From a virus (taxonomy: Duplodnaviria; Caudoviricetes): a stretch of 57,962 bases of DNA. Made by a program: the position numbers and the translations under genes. The stretch covers positions 1 through 57,962 of IMG/VR virus record IMGVR_UViG_3300032291_002754. One strand, 5' to 3'. Positions 26,429 through 36,392 of this stretch are shown here, one piece after another. The notes beneath the pieces were generated by a model. It saw nothing but the letters and a program-made list of their open reading frames with translations, was not told where the DNA came from and ran no database searches. Position 1 is the first letter of the stretch. Each line of letters begins with the position of its first letter.

Positions 26429-28113
26429 CCCTTTCTTACAGGCCCTAAGATCACGTATCCCTTGCCGTCATCGCCCTGTCGTTTCTTGCGGTCAGCCAGC
26501 CACTTCACGTACCACGGGTCCGGCCCTGCATTTGCCGGCGGCGCGTGATAGGAGGGTTCGTATGCGCACATGTATTCCAAGCACTGGACGGCATGTACAT
26601 CCCCACGCGTGTTTGGCATGTCGGTGACGAACGCGCCGTTTGTGCCGTGGATGACCTTCTTCTTGTACCGCTTGAGTTCCCTGACCAACTCCGGCGTGGC
26701 GCCCTGCAAGAACTTCAGCGCCGTTGTGCCGTCCTTGCGAATGTGCAGCATCTGACGCACAAGTGCGGTGCGGGCTTGGATATCGTCGGAACCCGGAATG
26801 AAGGAATGGCCGGAGAGTTGCGCGCGGATCTTGCGGTCGCGAAGCTGCTCTGAGTACAGGTCGCTGGGGAGCCGGCCGGACCCAAGGTCGCGCAGCGAGC
26901 CTCCATGCATGTCCATGATGAGGGCATAGAAGAACTGGCCTTCAGCCTTCTTCGCAAACTCTTCGCCCCAGATCAGAGCGTTGGCATTGCGGATATACAG
27001 TTCGTCATAGATCAGAAGGAATCGCTCGTCGGGCGGCACGGCACCAAACACGCATGCCATCACCGTGTGTCCCGGGTCAATCGCCACATAGCGCGTCCAT
27101 TCTGGCGGGACGATGCCGCCGGCCAGTTCGTCGCGCGGCATGACATGCACCGTCTGGTTCCAAGACGGGTACATCAAAATAGAGTCTTGCGTGAACTCAC
27201 CTTCCGCCCGCATGCGGAGTTCATCCACGCCCAGCGCAGACCATCGCGCGATGTTCTTCTGCTTCTCTTCGTTGTCTATGTGCCGGTTATCAAGAAACCT
27301 GAGAACAAACTTGCGGATGGGGGGGTCTTTCACGCCCAGTTCGATCTCCCTGTCGGCGCGCTCGCACAAGCCGAGAAGCGCATCATTCTTGCTATGTGGC
27401 ATAGCGGACCACACCAGTCGGCCTTTGCGGTCCGCAAGACGCGCCTGCATTTCACCCACCCACGCGGGATTGGACACGTCCTCGTCCAGATGCACCAAGT
27501 CGGCTTGAAAGCCCTGCGGAGGCTCTCCCTCGCTGGAGAAGAAGTTGATGATCCAGCCGTTGGTGAGCGTCACCTTCTGGCAGTAGCCGGCGCTCTTGAG
27601 AACCCATGCCACTTCCTTGACGAACCGCGGAGGGATCAGCGGGGGCGCGGGCTTGGTTTCGGAGATGCGAGCCGCATCGCTTGCCGGCCGGAACGCGCGC
27701 CACTGTTTCGTTTCCGCATCCTTGATGATCTTGAAGGCACCGGCCTTGAAGAGCATGGGGTATGCAACGAGTCCTATGTGCGGCCAATTGCGGCCAACAA
27801 TGACTATGTTCCCGTCTGTCTTTGGGTACTTCCCGAATGGATCTTGGCCCGTCGCCGCCCTGGCGTCCTCAACAAACGTCGATAGCGACTTGCCGGAACG
27901 ATTGCCGCCCAAGACGATACGCTCGCTGGCCATGCAGGCATGCATTTCCTGCTGCGCCTCCATCGGCTCATACAGACGCAACGCCTCTATGCGGCGGTTG
28001 TTGATTTCCGCCTGCATCTCCTTCAGCACATCAAATGAGTGCTTGGAGACGTTCTTGGCAAAGTCGCCTTGCGGCTTGCCTTGGTCAGGAATCTTGCGAG
28101 GGTGCTTCTTCAT
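26425..28113 (-). CDS. terL: Terminase large subunit
   Basis: Walker A GGNRSGKS, Walker B VHLDE, nuclease AIDPG. Confidence 0.92.
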   Translation of the reverse strand: MKKHPRKIPDQGKPQGDFAKNVSKHSFDVLKEMQAEINNRRIEALRLYEPMEAQQEMHACMASERIVLGGNRSGKSLSTFVEDARAATGQDPFGKYPKTDGNIVIVGRNWPHIGLVAYPMLFKAGAFKIIKDAETKQWRAFRPASDAARISETKPAPPLIPPRFVKEVAWVLKSAGYCQKVTLTNGWIINFFSSEGEPPQGFQADLVHLDEDVSNPAWVGEMQARLADRKGRLVWSAMPHSKNDALLGLCERADREIELGVKDPPIRKFVLRFLDNRHIDNEEKQKNIARWSALGVDELRMRAEGEFTQDSILMYPSWNQTVHVMPRDELAGGIVPPEWTRYVAIDPGHTVMACVFGAVPPDERFLLIYDELYIRNANALIWGEEFAKKAEGQFFYALIMDMHGGSLRDLGSGRLPSDLYSEQLRDRKIRAQLSGHSFIPGSDDIQARTALVRQMLHIRKDGTTALKFLQGATPELVRELKRYKKKVIHGTNGAFVTDMPNTRGDVHAVQCLEYMCAYEPSYHAPPANAGPDPWYVKWLADRKKRQGDDGKGYVILGPVRKG

Positions 28114-28621
28114 GGTCCCGTGGCGCGGGTAGGTTGGCCTGCGGTATCACTTGCAGGGTCACCGTAGTGTTCAATTCCAAGAGCCTCTTCTGAAGCTCTT
28201 CCTCCAACTCCTCCTCATTCCACAGCGACAACGGTTTCTTGGCGCCACCAAGAGCCGTGTTGTTGACGATCAGCCGCATGACAGAGTCGATCTGTTTGGT
28301 GCGAAACGCGCCGCCTGCGGGGCTATCGTAGTACTGCTTCATGAAGAGATTGCAAAAGCCATTGATGCCGCCGAAGTAGGTCAGGAGCGTTTCAAGGAGT
28401 TCGCTGGAGTGCGGGATGTTTGCCCCGCCCAGACGGGAGGCGGCGCAGAACAAATCGACCGCGCCCTTTTCGATGTCATCCAGGCGGGTGTCCTTGCTCT
28501 TCTTTCGACGCTTGCGTTCATACTTGGTGCGACATTCCTTGCACTGGGTGTGACGCTTCCCGCTTGCGGCGAGGTGAAACCGCTCTTCCGGCAAGTCCTT
28601 GTGGCACTTGATGCAGAGCAT
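28085..28621 (-). CDS. Zn-finger protein, candidate terminase small subunit
   Basis: CIKC...CKEC, then helical region; directly upstream of TerL. Confidence 0.55.
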   Translation of the reverse strand: MLCIKCHKDLPEERFHLAASGKRHTQCKECRTKYERKRRKKSKDTRLDDIEKGAVDLFCAASRLGGANIPHSSELLETLLTYFGGINGFCNLFMKQYYDSPAGGAFRTKQIDSVMRLIVNNTALGGAKKPLSLWNEEELEEELQKRLLELNTTVTLQVIPQANLPAPRDHEEAPSQDS

Positions 28622-29484
28622 TACACGCTCAATTCCTTCGGGAGTGGCTGGACAATGTCCATCACTTTGGTCACGCAGCCGGCCTCCCAGTCCGTTCGCA
28701 TCTTGGAGGCCACATCGGACGGCGAGATCGGCACAGGCTTGCCAACGCACTTCGGCTTCCAGTGACCGGCCCATGCGTCCCAGTTGCAGAACACGGGGTT
28801 GTATCCCAGTTTCTGGCTACCGATCAGTGACAAGTCGCGAGTCATCGTCACGTCTTCGGTGGACGCTTTCTCGGAGGCGTACACGTCGCTCCACTCATAG
28901 TAGAACCACGGGTGGTCTTTTGCGGTCTTTGGTTCAGTGACCTCAAAGCAACGCATGTCATACATGATCAAGCCGGTCGGAAGAGCGGCGCAGGACTGAA
29001 TGCCAGTCAGGCTGGATGCGGTGTGTCGGTCATACATCTCCAGCCGAAAGTCGGGATTCGGATGTTCGTTCTGGTGATTCTGCCAGCGGAACACGTAGAC
29101 GCATTCGTTGGGCGGGGGGCCGCAGTACGGCGCTCCGACGCACACAGGACCGCGTTCGTAGTGGTTGAATATGAAATCGAACGATGTTGAGAAGAACGGC
29201 TTCGCCCACGTTTCGCCTGAGTACATGTCGGGCTTCATGTCAGAATCGACCATCAACAGCACATCGCACTTGTGGGAGCGCGCGGTCAGCACGGCGCGGT
29301 TTCGCGTCATGGTGATTGGCGTATCGGACAGGTTCCAGATGTGGATGTTGTCGATACGCGGATCTCGCGAAGCGTCCGCAACCAGCGGCACCATCCACTC
29401 GCGGATGTCCGGAACTTCGGAGGAGATGCCTCCGTTTCCGCCGTAACTGAACGTGCAAATACCTACGTTCATCTTCTTCTGCAT
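28621..29484 (-). CDS. GT-A/GT2-like glycosyltransferase
   Basis: TRNRAV, LLMVDSDM (DxD), TGLIM, STED, GHWK. Confidence 0.8.
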   Translation of the reverse strand: MQKKMNVGICTFSYGGNGGISSEVPDIREWMVPLVADASRDPRIDNIHIWNLSDTPITMTRNRAVLTARSHKCDVLLMVDSDMKPDMYSGETWAKPFFSTSFDFIFNHYERGPVCVGAPYCGPPPNECVYVFRWQNHQNEHPNPDFRLEMYDRHTASSLTGIQSCAALPTGLIMYDMRCFEVTEPKTAKDHPWFYYEWSDVYASEKASTEDVTMTRDLSLIGSQKLGYNPVFCNWDAWAGHWKPKCVGKPVPISPSDVASKMRTDWEAGCVTKVMDIVQPLPKELSV

Positions 29485-29538
29485 GCGACACCTTTAAGGG
29501 GGGTTAGGTGGAGGCTAGCGCCTCACAAGTGTACACTA

Positions 29539-30195
29539 TTACACCCAAACTTTGGGTGGCAATACGCGTTTTGTTACTGGGTCTAGCCTGCCGTGGCTGA
29601 CATAGCGCGGCCCATTGTTTTCGCCAGCGGTCCTTCCATACAGACCGTCGCGGCTACCGGCCACAGTCTGGGTGTAGGTTCCATTGGGGTTTTGTGTGAG
29701 CCGCTGCCAAGAGTTTGGTCCGGTTTGCCCTTCCTGCGTTTGTCCTCTGCCGGGGTTCAATGCTGATGAAAGTCGGCGGATGCTGCCGGCAGAATCGTAG
29801 TTCTGCCGATATTGGTTTCCTCCGCGGGACTGCGAATACATGTCCCAAGGAGACGAAGGATTTGACCGAGGCGCCGCTGGCATCGGTCCAGCCGTCCGAA
29901 TCTCTGGCGCCGCTGACCGCGAATACATCATGCCATCCGGTGGCGGGTTGGCTTGATATTGACCCGGCGTGTCCGACCTGGCGTAGGTCATGCCCGGTGG
30001 TGGGGATGACTGGTATTGGCCGGGTGTTTCAGAGCGCATGGCGGAAAACCCGCCGTACGCCCCCATATTGGCGCCTTGGGAAGAAGAGCGCGTGTAGTTC
30101 TGGTTCGTCGGGGAATTGCGATTAACGACCGACTTGTTGGTCGTTGAGTAGTTGTTAGTGACGGTGTTTCGGCCTTGCTGGTACACGCCTATCAC
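29539..30195 (-). CDS. Low-complexity protein with tandem RSxTPGQYQ repeats
   Basis: Q/N/S/G/P-rich, 218 aa. Confidence 0.65.
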   Translation of the reverse strand: MIGVYQQGRNTVTNNYSTTNKSVVNRNSPTNQNYTRSSSQGANMGAYGGFSAMRSETPGQYQSSPPPGMTYARSDTPGQYQANPPPDGMMYSRSAAPEIRTAGPMPAAPRSNPSSPWDMYSQSRGGNQYRQNYDSAGSIRRLSSALNPGRGQTQEGQTGPNSWQRLTQNPNGTYTQTVAGSRDGLYGRTAGENNGPRYVSHGRLDPVTKRVLPPKVWV

Positions 30196-31850
30196 CTTTT
30201 CCTCTTTTTAGGGGCCGGAGGCTTGGCTGGAGGCCCGTTAGGGATCCAAGTATTTCCAACCCACATTCCGCCAGTCGGTGAGTCAAGCGGGTATCCGCGG
30301 CGGTCAACGCGCACGACCGTTGGATTCATTGGATCGCTTCCAGGCATTGTCCTTTGCCTCACGCCATTGCGTCGATCTTCCGCTTCTTTCGCAGCCTTCT
30401 CGGCGCGTTGCCTTTCGCGCTGCGCGTCAAGCCGACGCTGGTTCTCAACGTCATACTTGGTTTTTTGCTCCGGCGTCATTTGGGGGCCAGGTGACGGCCT
30501 CGGCGTTTGGTTGGGCTGCGGGTGGAACGGCCGGCCGCGGTCAGGCGGCGCCCACGTCAACACCGCATACTCGTTTTGCGGCGTTTGGTTGGGCCGCGGG
30601 AGGAACGGCTCTGGGGCGTTTGGTACGTACGGCGGCGGAAACTGGTAGGGCTGCGGGGAGGTCACAGGCGGCATTTGGTTGGGCTGCGGAGTTGGAGCGC
30701 CGTTCGGCCAACCCCATCCGGAATCGTTGTAGTACTCCATCCCTGGCCTTGGCGGTCCTCCCCATGGGCTAGCCCCAGCCAGATTTTCATCCGAGACTTG
30801 TGGTCCGTAGTCGTTAACTAAATACGGGTTTTGCGGCGTTGGGTAGCGATGCCGGCGGGACGGCTGGCCGTAGTCAGGCTGCGGGTAGACCACCGCAGGC
30901 TCGTATTGAGGCGTTGGATTGGGATCCCCGTAGATCACAGCACCCGGGTCGTTCGGGTTTGTGCGCTGTTTTTCGCGCTCCCAACTCCCGTCGGCATCGC
31001 CCAAATGGCGCAATTCTCCCGGATAGCCTGAGAACTGCTGGTTCATGTCTGGGCCTAGGTAGCCGGGGTAACTTTCTAGTGGCCCCAACTCTGGCATAGG
31101 GGTGTGTATTTTGGGTTTGCCAGTCTGTTGAGGTACACCTGAGAACTGCTGGTTAATGTCTCCAACGAAAGTGTTGCCCGTGTAGCCGGGGTCCATGGTC
31201 GGAGATCCGTTCCCAAGGCCAGCCTGCTGAATCAAGTCGCGGATGTTCGTCATCGTCGGCCTTGCGTTCAACCACTCGGCGGGCGGGGGGGTGTTTCCAG
31301 TCCACGTCTGATTGAACTGCACTTGGTTCCGCATGTTCTCTTCTTCCATCAACTGGATCATCTTGGCGCGTTCGGCCAATGGGTCCATTGACGGCCCCCA
31401 CGGGGTCTGCGCAGGCCCCATAGAGAACGGTGGCTTTTTGGGAGCCGCGACTGGAGCGTAGCCGCCACTTGGCGGGTTGTAGGCTTGGCCAGGCACCACT
31501 TTCTTAGTCTGCGGTACTGGCTGACCGTACGGTGTGCCTTGCGACTGCGGAGGAATGGGGTTTGCCTGACCGGGCCTGTAGGCGCTCATGTCAAAGCCGC
31601 CAGAAGGCTTTGCGCCACCCTTGGGAGATCCAGCGGCTTGCCATGCCTCCGTGGTTCCGTAACCATACAAGGTGTCAAGCCCGAGCGGCCGTGAGGCGTT
31701 GTTTGTAACGCCAGTGTTCTTGGCAGGCGGGGCAGCGTCTGGGGCCTTGGAATACATCCATCTGCCGGCACCAAACTCGTTGTCATACTGTCGGGCGCGT
31801 TCCACGTCGGCAGCAGTTTCTTCGTATCGGCCCCCTGGCGCGTATCTCAT
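30192..31850 (-). CDS. Pro/Gln/Gly-rich disordered protein
   Basis: 552 aa; PNQTP-like and NQQFSG repeats. Confidence 0.7.
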   Translation of the reverse strand: MRYAPGGRYEETAADVERARQYDNEFGAGRWMYSKAPDAAPPAKNTGVTNNASRPLGLDTLYGYGTTEAWQAAGSPKGGAKPSGGFDMSAYRPGQANPIPPQSQGTPYGQPVPQTKKVVPGQAYNPPSGGYAPVAAPKKPPFSMGPAQTPWGPSMDPLAERAKMIQLMEEENMRNQVQFNQTWTGNTPPPAEWLNARPTMTNIRDLIQQAGLGNGSPTMDPGYTGNTFVGDINQQFSGVPQQTGKPKIHTPMPELGPLESYPGYLGPDMNQQFSGYPGELRHLGDADGSWEREKQRTNPNDPGAVIYGDPNPTPQYEPAVVYPQPDYGQPSRRHRYPTPQNPYLVNDYGPQVSDENLAGASPWGGPPRPGMEYYNDSGWGWPNGAPTPQPNQMPPVTSPQPYQFPPPYVPNAPEPFLPRPNQTPQNEYAVLTWAPPDRGRPFHPQPNQTPRPSPGPQMTPEQKTKYDVENQRRLDAQRERQRAEKAAKEAEDRRNGVRQRTMPGSDPMNPTVVRVDRRGYPLDSPTGGMWVGNTWIPNGPPAKPPAPKKRKR

Positions 31851-32011
31851 CGGTCCTCCTGCTTGACTGTTAGAGCGGTTGTCCCAACACCCGGCACCCG
31901 ATACATGCGCAGATCAATGGCGTCCTCTGCGGGCATATTTGCCCTTGCCTCCGCAATCAACTGGCGAAGCGTCTCAAGGTTTGTGATTGCCGGCCGGTCT
32001 TGCGTTGCCAT
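31847..32011 (-). CDS. 54 aa hypothetical protein
   Basis: MATQDRPAITNLETLRQLIAEA...; ATGA-coupled to the next gene; not in the ORF track. Confidence 0.7.
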   Translation of the reverse strand: MATQDRPAITNLETLRQLIAEARANMPAEDAIDLRMYRVPGVGTTALTVKQEDR

Positions 32012-32016
32012 CTACG

Positions 32017-32055
32017 AAAAGGGCCTCTGGCCCAGTCTCCCAGGTCAGAGGCCCT
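32017..32055 (-). terminator. Rho-independent terminator after the capsid operon
   Basis: AGGGCCTCTG/CAGAGGCCCT stem followed by a short T run. Confidence 0.65.
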
Positions 32056-32079
32056 CCCCCTAGCCCATGAAGGGCATGA

Positions 32080-32661
32080 TCACGCGACCGGGGTGCTGAC
32101 AAACGCCAGCACGTTCGCGCCAGTCGTTGCGCCGGCCGATGCCGCGTAAGCGATCACGCCGATGCCAGTGTTGCCCGGGGAGGTGGTCGCCGCCCCAACG
32201 GTCGAAGGAGTCACTCGGCCCGAGGTGGTCGCCCCGGTCGTGGCGCCTGCCACGGCAGCGAGACGATCACCAACCGCAACCGCCGTTCCCGAAAGAGCGA
32301 CGGCCACTTCAGTTGGGCCGTTGACGGTCACCCAGAAAACATCCTTGTCGGCAACCCCGCCGGCAAGATGCTCGTCCACCACACCAACAAGTTCGTTGTT
32401 GGCAGAGGTGTTGTATCCGGCGACGGCAGAGAAGCTGCCGCTCACAAACGACACCAGTCGCTTGGGAAGAAGAGTGGTGCCGGACGAGTTGCGAACCGCG
32501 ACACAGAGTTTGACGCGGTTCGACCGGATGGTGCCGGTCTTGGGGTCAACGTCTGGGAACTGCTTGATGGCGCCGATCCAGTTGGCTCCGATTTCCACAC
32601 CACCCTCGCCAAGGCCGAGGGTCTGGCCGAGACTGAACGGCGGGTCAACGAAATAAGACAT
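32080..32661 (-). CDS. Capsid decoration/cement protein
   Basis: Follows the major capsid gene; small-residue rich; FWVTVNGP motif. Confidence 0.7.
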   Translation of the reverse strand: MSYFVDPPFSLGQTLGLGEGGVEIGANWIGAIKQFPDVDPKTGTIRSNRVKLCVAVRNSSGTTLLPKRLVSFVSGSFSAVAGYNTSANNELVGVVDEHLAGGVADKDVFWVTVNGPTEVAVALSGTAVAVGDRLAAVAGATTGATTSGRVTPSTVGAATTSPGNTGIGVIAYAASAGATTGANVLAFVSTPVA

Positions 32662-32679
32662 GCGAATCTACTCCTTCTG

Positions 32680-33786
32680 TCAGGCGAGTTTGGCGAGCTT
32701 GAAAAAGTTCCGGGGCGACTTGAACTTGAGGTTACCCAGAGTGGACACCACGTACCTGTACATCTGCGAAGTTTCGTCAAAGAAGGGGCCTTCGCTGTTG
32801 TACATGGTGCCTTCCATGTTCAGCAGTTCGATGTTGCCGAGGGCAAGACCGTAACCGCAGTTGGTCGGGACACCGTACTCGGTCGCGATCTCAACGCCAT
32901 CCAGTTCGATGGTGTTGAAGCCGAACGACCGCATGCCGTTCTCCTTGGTGATCAGCACCCGCTCCTTGCCATCAAGAGCGTTGAGAAGGCCGATGTACAA
33001 CTTACGATCAAGGACGATCAGATCGACGGCGTCCTCTTTCGTATCGTTTCTCTTTGTGTGATGCAAAGCCTCGCGGATGGCCTTCACGCAGTTGGCCTCC
33101 CACGTCGTTGCGCCGAATGCGCTGGAAGACCAGTTCACGATCAGCGGCGAGTAGAAGTCATACTCGCTGTCGGCCTTGCCCACCGGCCACAGACCTTCGG
33201 TCTGACTGCCGCCGTAATAGCCGAGGTTCGTCCGGAGGCCAGCGTACGCATCGTCCGGAGCGCCGAACATGTCTTCAGCGTTCGCGGCGCGCGGCGTCCC
33301 GTCAACCTTCGACAGCGTCTGCGTGGCGGCGAGAAAACTTTCCAGCCCATGGTATCGCAGTTCGTTACCGGCGGCATTACCGTCGATGTAAACTTCCTGC
33401 GCGAGGTACTGTTCGATGCTGGTCAGGAGCCGGCTGGCCATCTTGCCGGCCACGTTCACCAGAGCCTGAGTGCCTCTGTTCTCCAAAAGCTCCTTACGGA
33501 ACAGGGCATCCGTTGCCTGGTAGCCGCGGTATTCCAACTCTGCGCGCTTCCACAGGTTCTGACGTGCGAACGACCGCGGAGTTTCTCCGTTGTTGCCGCT
33601 CGGCTTATGCAGACGATAAGACACCTCCCAGTCGAAGCCGCGCCCAGACATGTTCATGCGGACGTTGCCGCGCGACTCAATGCCGGCGAAGACGATGTAC
33701 TTACGCAGGGATGCAATCTCTTCATCCCTGAGATGGTTGATAATCGTCGTTGCGATACTACGCGCGAAATCTGTCGTGCTGGGCAT
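32680..33786 (-). CDS. Major capsid protein
   Basis: 368 aa after scaffold; YIDGN...GLESF, GFNTIELDGVEI, strong codon bias. Confidence 0.85.
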   Translation of the reverse strand: MPSTTDFARSIATTIINHLRDEEIASLRKYIVFAGIESRGNVRMNMSGRGFDWEVSYRLHKPSGNNGETPRSFARQNLWKRAELEYRGYQATDALFRKELLENRGTQALVNVAGKMASRLLTSIEQYLAQEVYIDGNAAGNELRYHGLESFLAATQTLSKVDGTPRAANAEDMFGAPDDAYAGLRTNLGYYGGSQTEGLWPVGKADSEYDFYSPLIVNWSSSAFGATTWEANCVKAIREALHHTKRNDTKEDAVDLIVLDRKLYIGLLNALDGKERVLITKENGMRSFGFNTIELDGVEIATEYGVPTNCGYGLALGNIELLNMEGTMYNSEGPFFDETSQMYRYVVSTLGNLKFKSPRNFFKLAKLA

Positions 33787-33798
33787 GCCTGTTTACTC

Positions 33799-34836
33799 CT
33801 ATGCGATTCCGTCTTTGACGAATTGGTTGGTCAGACGCTCACCGAAAGTCATCTTCTGCCGAGGAGCGCGAGGCTCCGAGGCACCGCCGCTCCTGCTTGG
33901 TGCGCGCGTGGCGCGCTCTCGCAGGAACTGCATGTTCGATTCAACCATTGGGTCTGCCATCTGCTGCGGGGGCGCGTACTGGTAGTTCGCTGCCGCCTGC
34001 TGCGGATGGGCCTGGTAGGCCGACATCATCTGGCTGTGCCGAAGGTTCAGTAGATCGCGCTCCAGCATTCCGGTCGCGTAGTTCCACCTTGCCTGCGGGT
34101 CGTTGATTCCGATCTGCGCCGCCTGCGCAATGTACGCTTGGATGGCCTGACCCTCGCGGCTGACGTTGCCGCGACCGTCGTAAAGCCAGTCGGCGTTTTG
34201 CTGCTCCAGCGACTGAACGTAATTGCTTGTTTGGTATTGGTTGAGACTCTGCTGAACAAGTTCCTGCGCCTTCTGCTGCGCGACCTGTTCGATGAAAGGC
34301 TTGAGCGTGTTTTCGGGGTCTGTGACCAACCGCTTGGCGAAGTTGGCCGTGTAATTCTGGTACTCGCGGATCTGGGCCTGCGCCTCAAACGGGGCGTCAG
34401 GGGCAATCACCTCGCGGCCCGTCTCCGGATCGCGAACGATGAAACTCTTCCAAGTATCCTTGATCTCTGGTGGATTCCACCACGGCTTGGGAGCGTTGGC
34501 TTGGGCCTGCTGCGCCTGCTGTGATTTGCGCCACTCTTGGAATGCCTGCTGGTTCTTGAGGTATTCCGTTGCATACGGCATGACCTCTTGGTACTGCCGC
34601 AGTGCATGCTCGGCCATCTGGCGCTGCTGCATCGACTGATACAGGTTCTGCGCGATGGCCACATCGTCTTGGCCTTGGAACTCCGGCAGCGACTTGAACG
34701 CGTCAAACGCGGACTCGCGCTGGTAGCCTCCATCGGGCGAGGACGATTGGGGCGGTGAATTGTCAAAGGACTGCGAGGGAGACGTGTCGGAGACAGGTGC
34801 GGGGGAACCTTGACTCTGGATCGCTTCTTCGCTCAT
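33799..34836 (-). CDS. Capsid scaffolding protein
   Basis: Gln-rich helical protein with an acidic Pro/Ser-rich N-terminus, upstream of the capsid gene. Confidence 0.7.
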   Translation of the reverse strand: MSEEAIQSQGSPAPVSDTSPSQSFDNSPPQSSSPDGGYQRESAFDAFKSLPEFQGQDDVAIAQNLYQSMQQRQMAEHALRQYQEVMPYATEYLKNQQAFQEWRKSQQAQQAQANAPKPWWNPPEIKDTWKSFIVRDPETGREVIAPDAPFEAQAQIREYQNYTANFAKRLVTDPENTLKPFIEQVAQQKAQELVQQSLNQYQTSNYVQSLEQQNADWLYDGRGNVSREGQAIQAYIAQAAQIGINDPQARWNYATGMLERDLLNLRHSQMMSAYQAHPQQAAANYQYAPPQQMADPMVESNMQFLRERATRAPSRSGGASEPRAPRQKMTFGERLTNQFVKDGIA

Positions 34837-34911
34837 ATGATCAACCTTTCACAAGACTAGGGGGTGTCTGTGAAAAGAATGTCCGCAGAGTTAAAACCGT
34901 AAACCGATTTG

Positions 34912-35883
34912 TTACTCTTGCGAACCAACCGCTACGGCGGGAACCGCCAAGAGTCCACCGTTGCGGATGAACTCACGCAACACCTTGTCTGGTGTGGTTT
35001 TCAATCTCTTGGCTTGTTGATAGATAACTGTCTCAAGCGCATGCGGAAGAGTGGGGTCGGTGGAGCGCACGCCAGTCCTCTTGGCACCACCCATCCACCG
35101 CGCCGCTTGGAACGCCGCCGGATCCAATCCAAGTTCATCGGCCAAGGCTATAGAGCGCGCCTCTGCTATGCCGTATGCCGCTCCGGATGGGAGGCTGGGG
35201 TATCCTCGCGCTCGCCACTCATGACGATCCAAGACCATTGGGGCGTAGTTGCCGCGGATGTTCTCGCCAAAAGACATCATCTTGTTAGCGGCCTTCGCGC
35301 TGCCCAGGCCGGCGAACGGATCTTCGTAGAAGTATCGCCCGCTCCACAGCGCGTCGTTCTGTCGTGCTATGGATCCGTACCCCGAAGGAACCTCTGTTGC
35401 CTTCACATACCGCTTCGCATCTGCGGCGTTCTCCAATTGGGGCAGTAGGCCGTTGAGGGCCTGCTGCCGGTAGAAGCTCGCCTTGCGGAGGTTGTTGCGA
35501 ACTGGTGCGCTAGACGATGTCGCCGCGATCATCTTGGCGAATAAATCGAACTGCTCCTGCCCAGCGTCCTTGCCAAGTTCGTAGATGAATTCTTGCCGGA
35601 TTGGCTCGGCGTGATACCAGAGATGCGCGTTCTGCTTCAGCCCGCGTTCCACGTCCTGCAATAGGCGCGCATCGTATCGGCCAAGGTTTTCGGCGCGGCC
35701 GGTGATTGGACGCGAGGATACGAATCGCGGCAGAGCAACTTGCTCCACCCCCGGTATCGGGGCAACGTCTTCCATCTGGAAGAGTGTGAGTTTGTCCAAG
35801 GCACCGCGTCCGGACGCATTGCGCGGCCCCCAGTCAACGGAAGCCTGCCTGACTCTCGCCAAGATATCGTCAATTGCTGGCAT
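34912..35883 (-). CDS. Protein with HhH-glycosylase-like (DUF7178-like) motifs
   Basis: WY...AATS...N...K..SF.EN..G...LDRH..R...Y...QAARW; start MPAIDD. Confidence 0.55.
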   Translation of the reverse strand: MPAIDDILARVRQASVDWGPRNASGRGALDKLTLFQMEDVAPIPGVEQVALPRFVSSRPITGRAENLGRYDARLLQDVERGLKQNAHLWYHAEPIRQEFIYELGKDAGQEQFDLFAKMIAATSSSAPVRNNLRKASFYRQQALNGLLPQLENAADAKRYVKATEVPSGYGSIARQNDALWSGRYFYEDPFAGLGSAKAANKMMSFGENIRGNYAPMVLDRHEWRARGYPSLPSGAAYGIAEARSIALADELGLDPAAFQAARWMGGAKRTGVRSTDPTLPHALETVIYQQAKRLKTTPDKVLREFIRNGGLLAVPAVAVGSQE

Positions 35884-35890
35884 GATGCGA

Positions 35891-36391
35891 TCAGTGGATG
35901 CGAACGGTTGTGCCGGGATTGATTGAGAACTGGTTGCCGACTGACTGCTGCGACAGTGCGCGAATGTTGTTTGCGCGCTCTTCCGCCTCAAGTCTCATGC
36001 GCAACATTTCCCGCTGATGCTGCTGACGCTGGTACTCGCGAGCCTGCGAGACTCTGGAATCAAACTCGTCGTTCCAAGCGTTCGACACGCCACCGATCAT
36101 TCCGGCGAGGTGGGCGGCTTGATCTTGCGGGCCTACAACAGGGATCTGCATTGGTGCGTTTCCGGGTGACTGTAAACCGCCAACGGCAGACTGCTGGCGG
36201 CGGGCCTTCATGTTTGCTTGATGCTCTGCCCAACGCTGGCGACCGTCTTCGGTGATTTGCTCTGGAGTCTCGTACCAGTCGGGATCAAGACCAAACGCTG
36301 GGAACTTCGCCGCGGCTTTGCTCTTCTTGCGATCCAAGTCAGCGCCGGCGCTTTGGTCGCCCCACATTGGGCTAGTGAACAACTGATCCAC
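35891..36391 (-). CDS. Hypothetical protein
   Basis: RBS GGAGG; 166 aa. Confidence 0.7.
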   Translation of the reverse strand: MDQLFTSPMWGDQSAGADLDRKKSKAAAKFPAFGLDPDWYETPEQITEDGRQRWAEHQANMKARRQQSAVGGLQSPGNAPMQIPVVGPQDQAAHLAGMIGGVSNAWNDEFDSRVSQAREYQRQQHQREMLRMRLEAEERANNIRALSQQSVGNQFSINPGTTVRIH

Positions 36392-36392
36392 T

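Noticed and set aside
32368-34053. 561 aa plus-strand ORF, and similar long antisense ORFs at 24138-25589, 26905-27885 and 49463-50521
   Set aside because: These are antisense shadows of codon-biased GC-rich genes (capsid, portal, TerL, DUF932) and show no motifs
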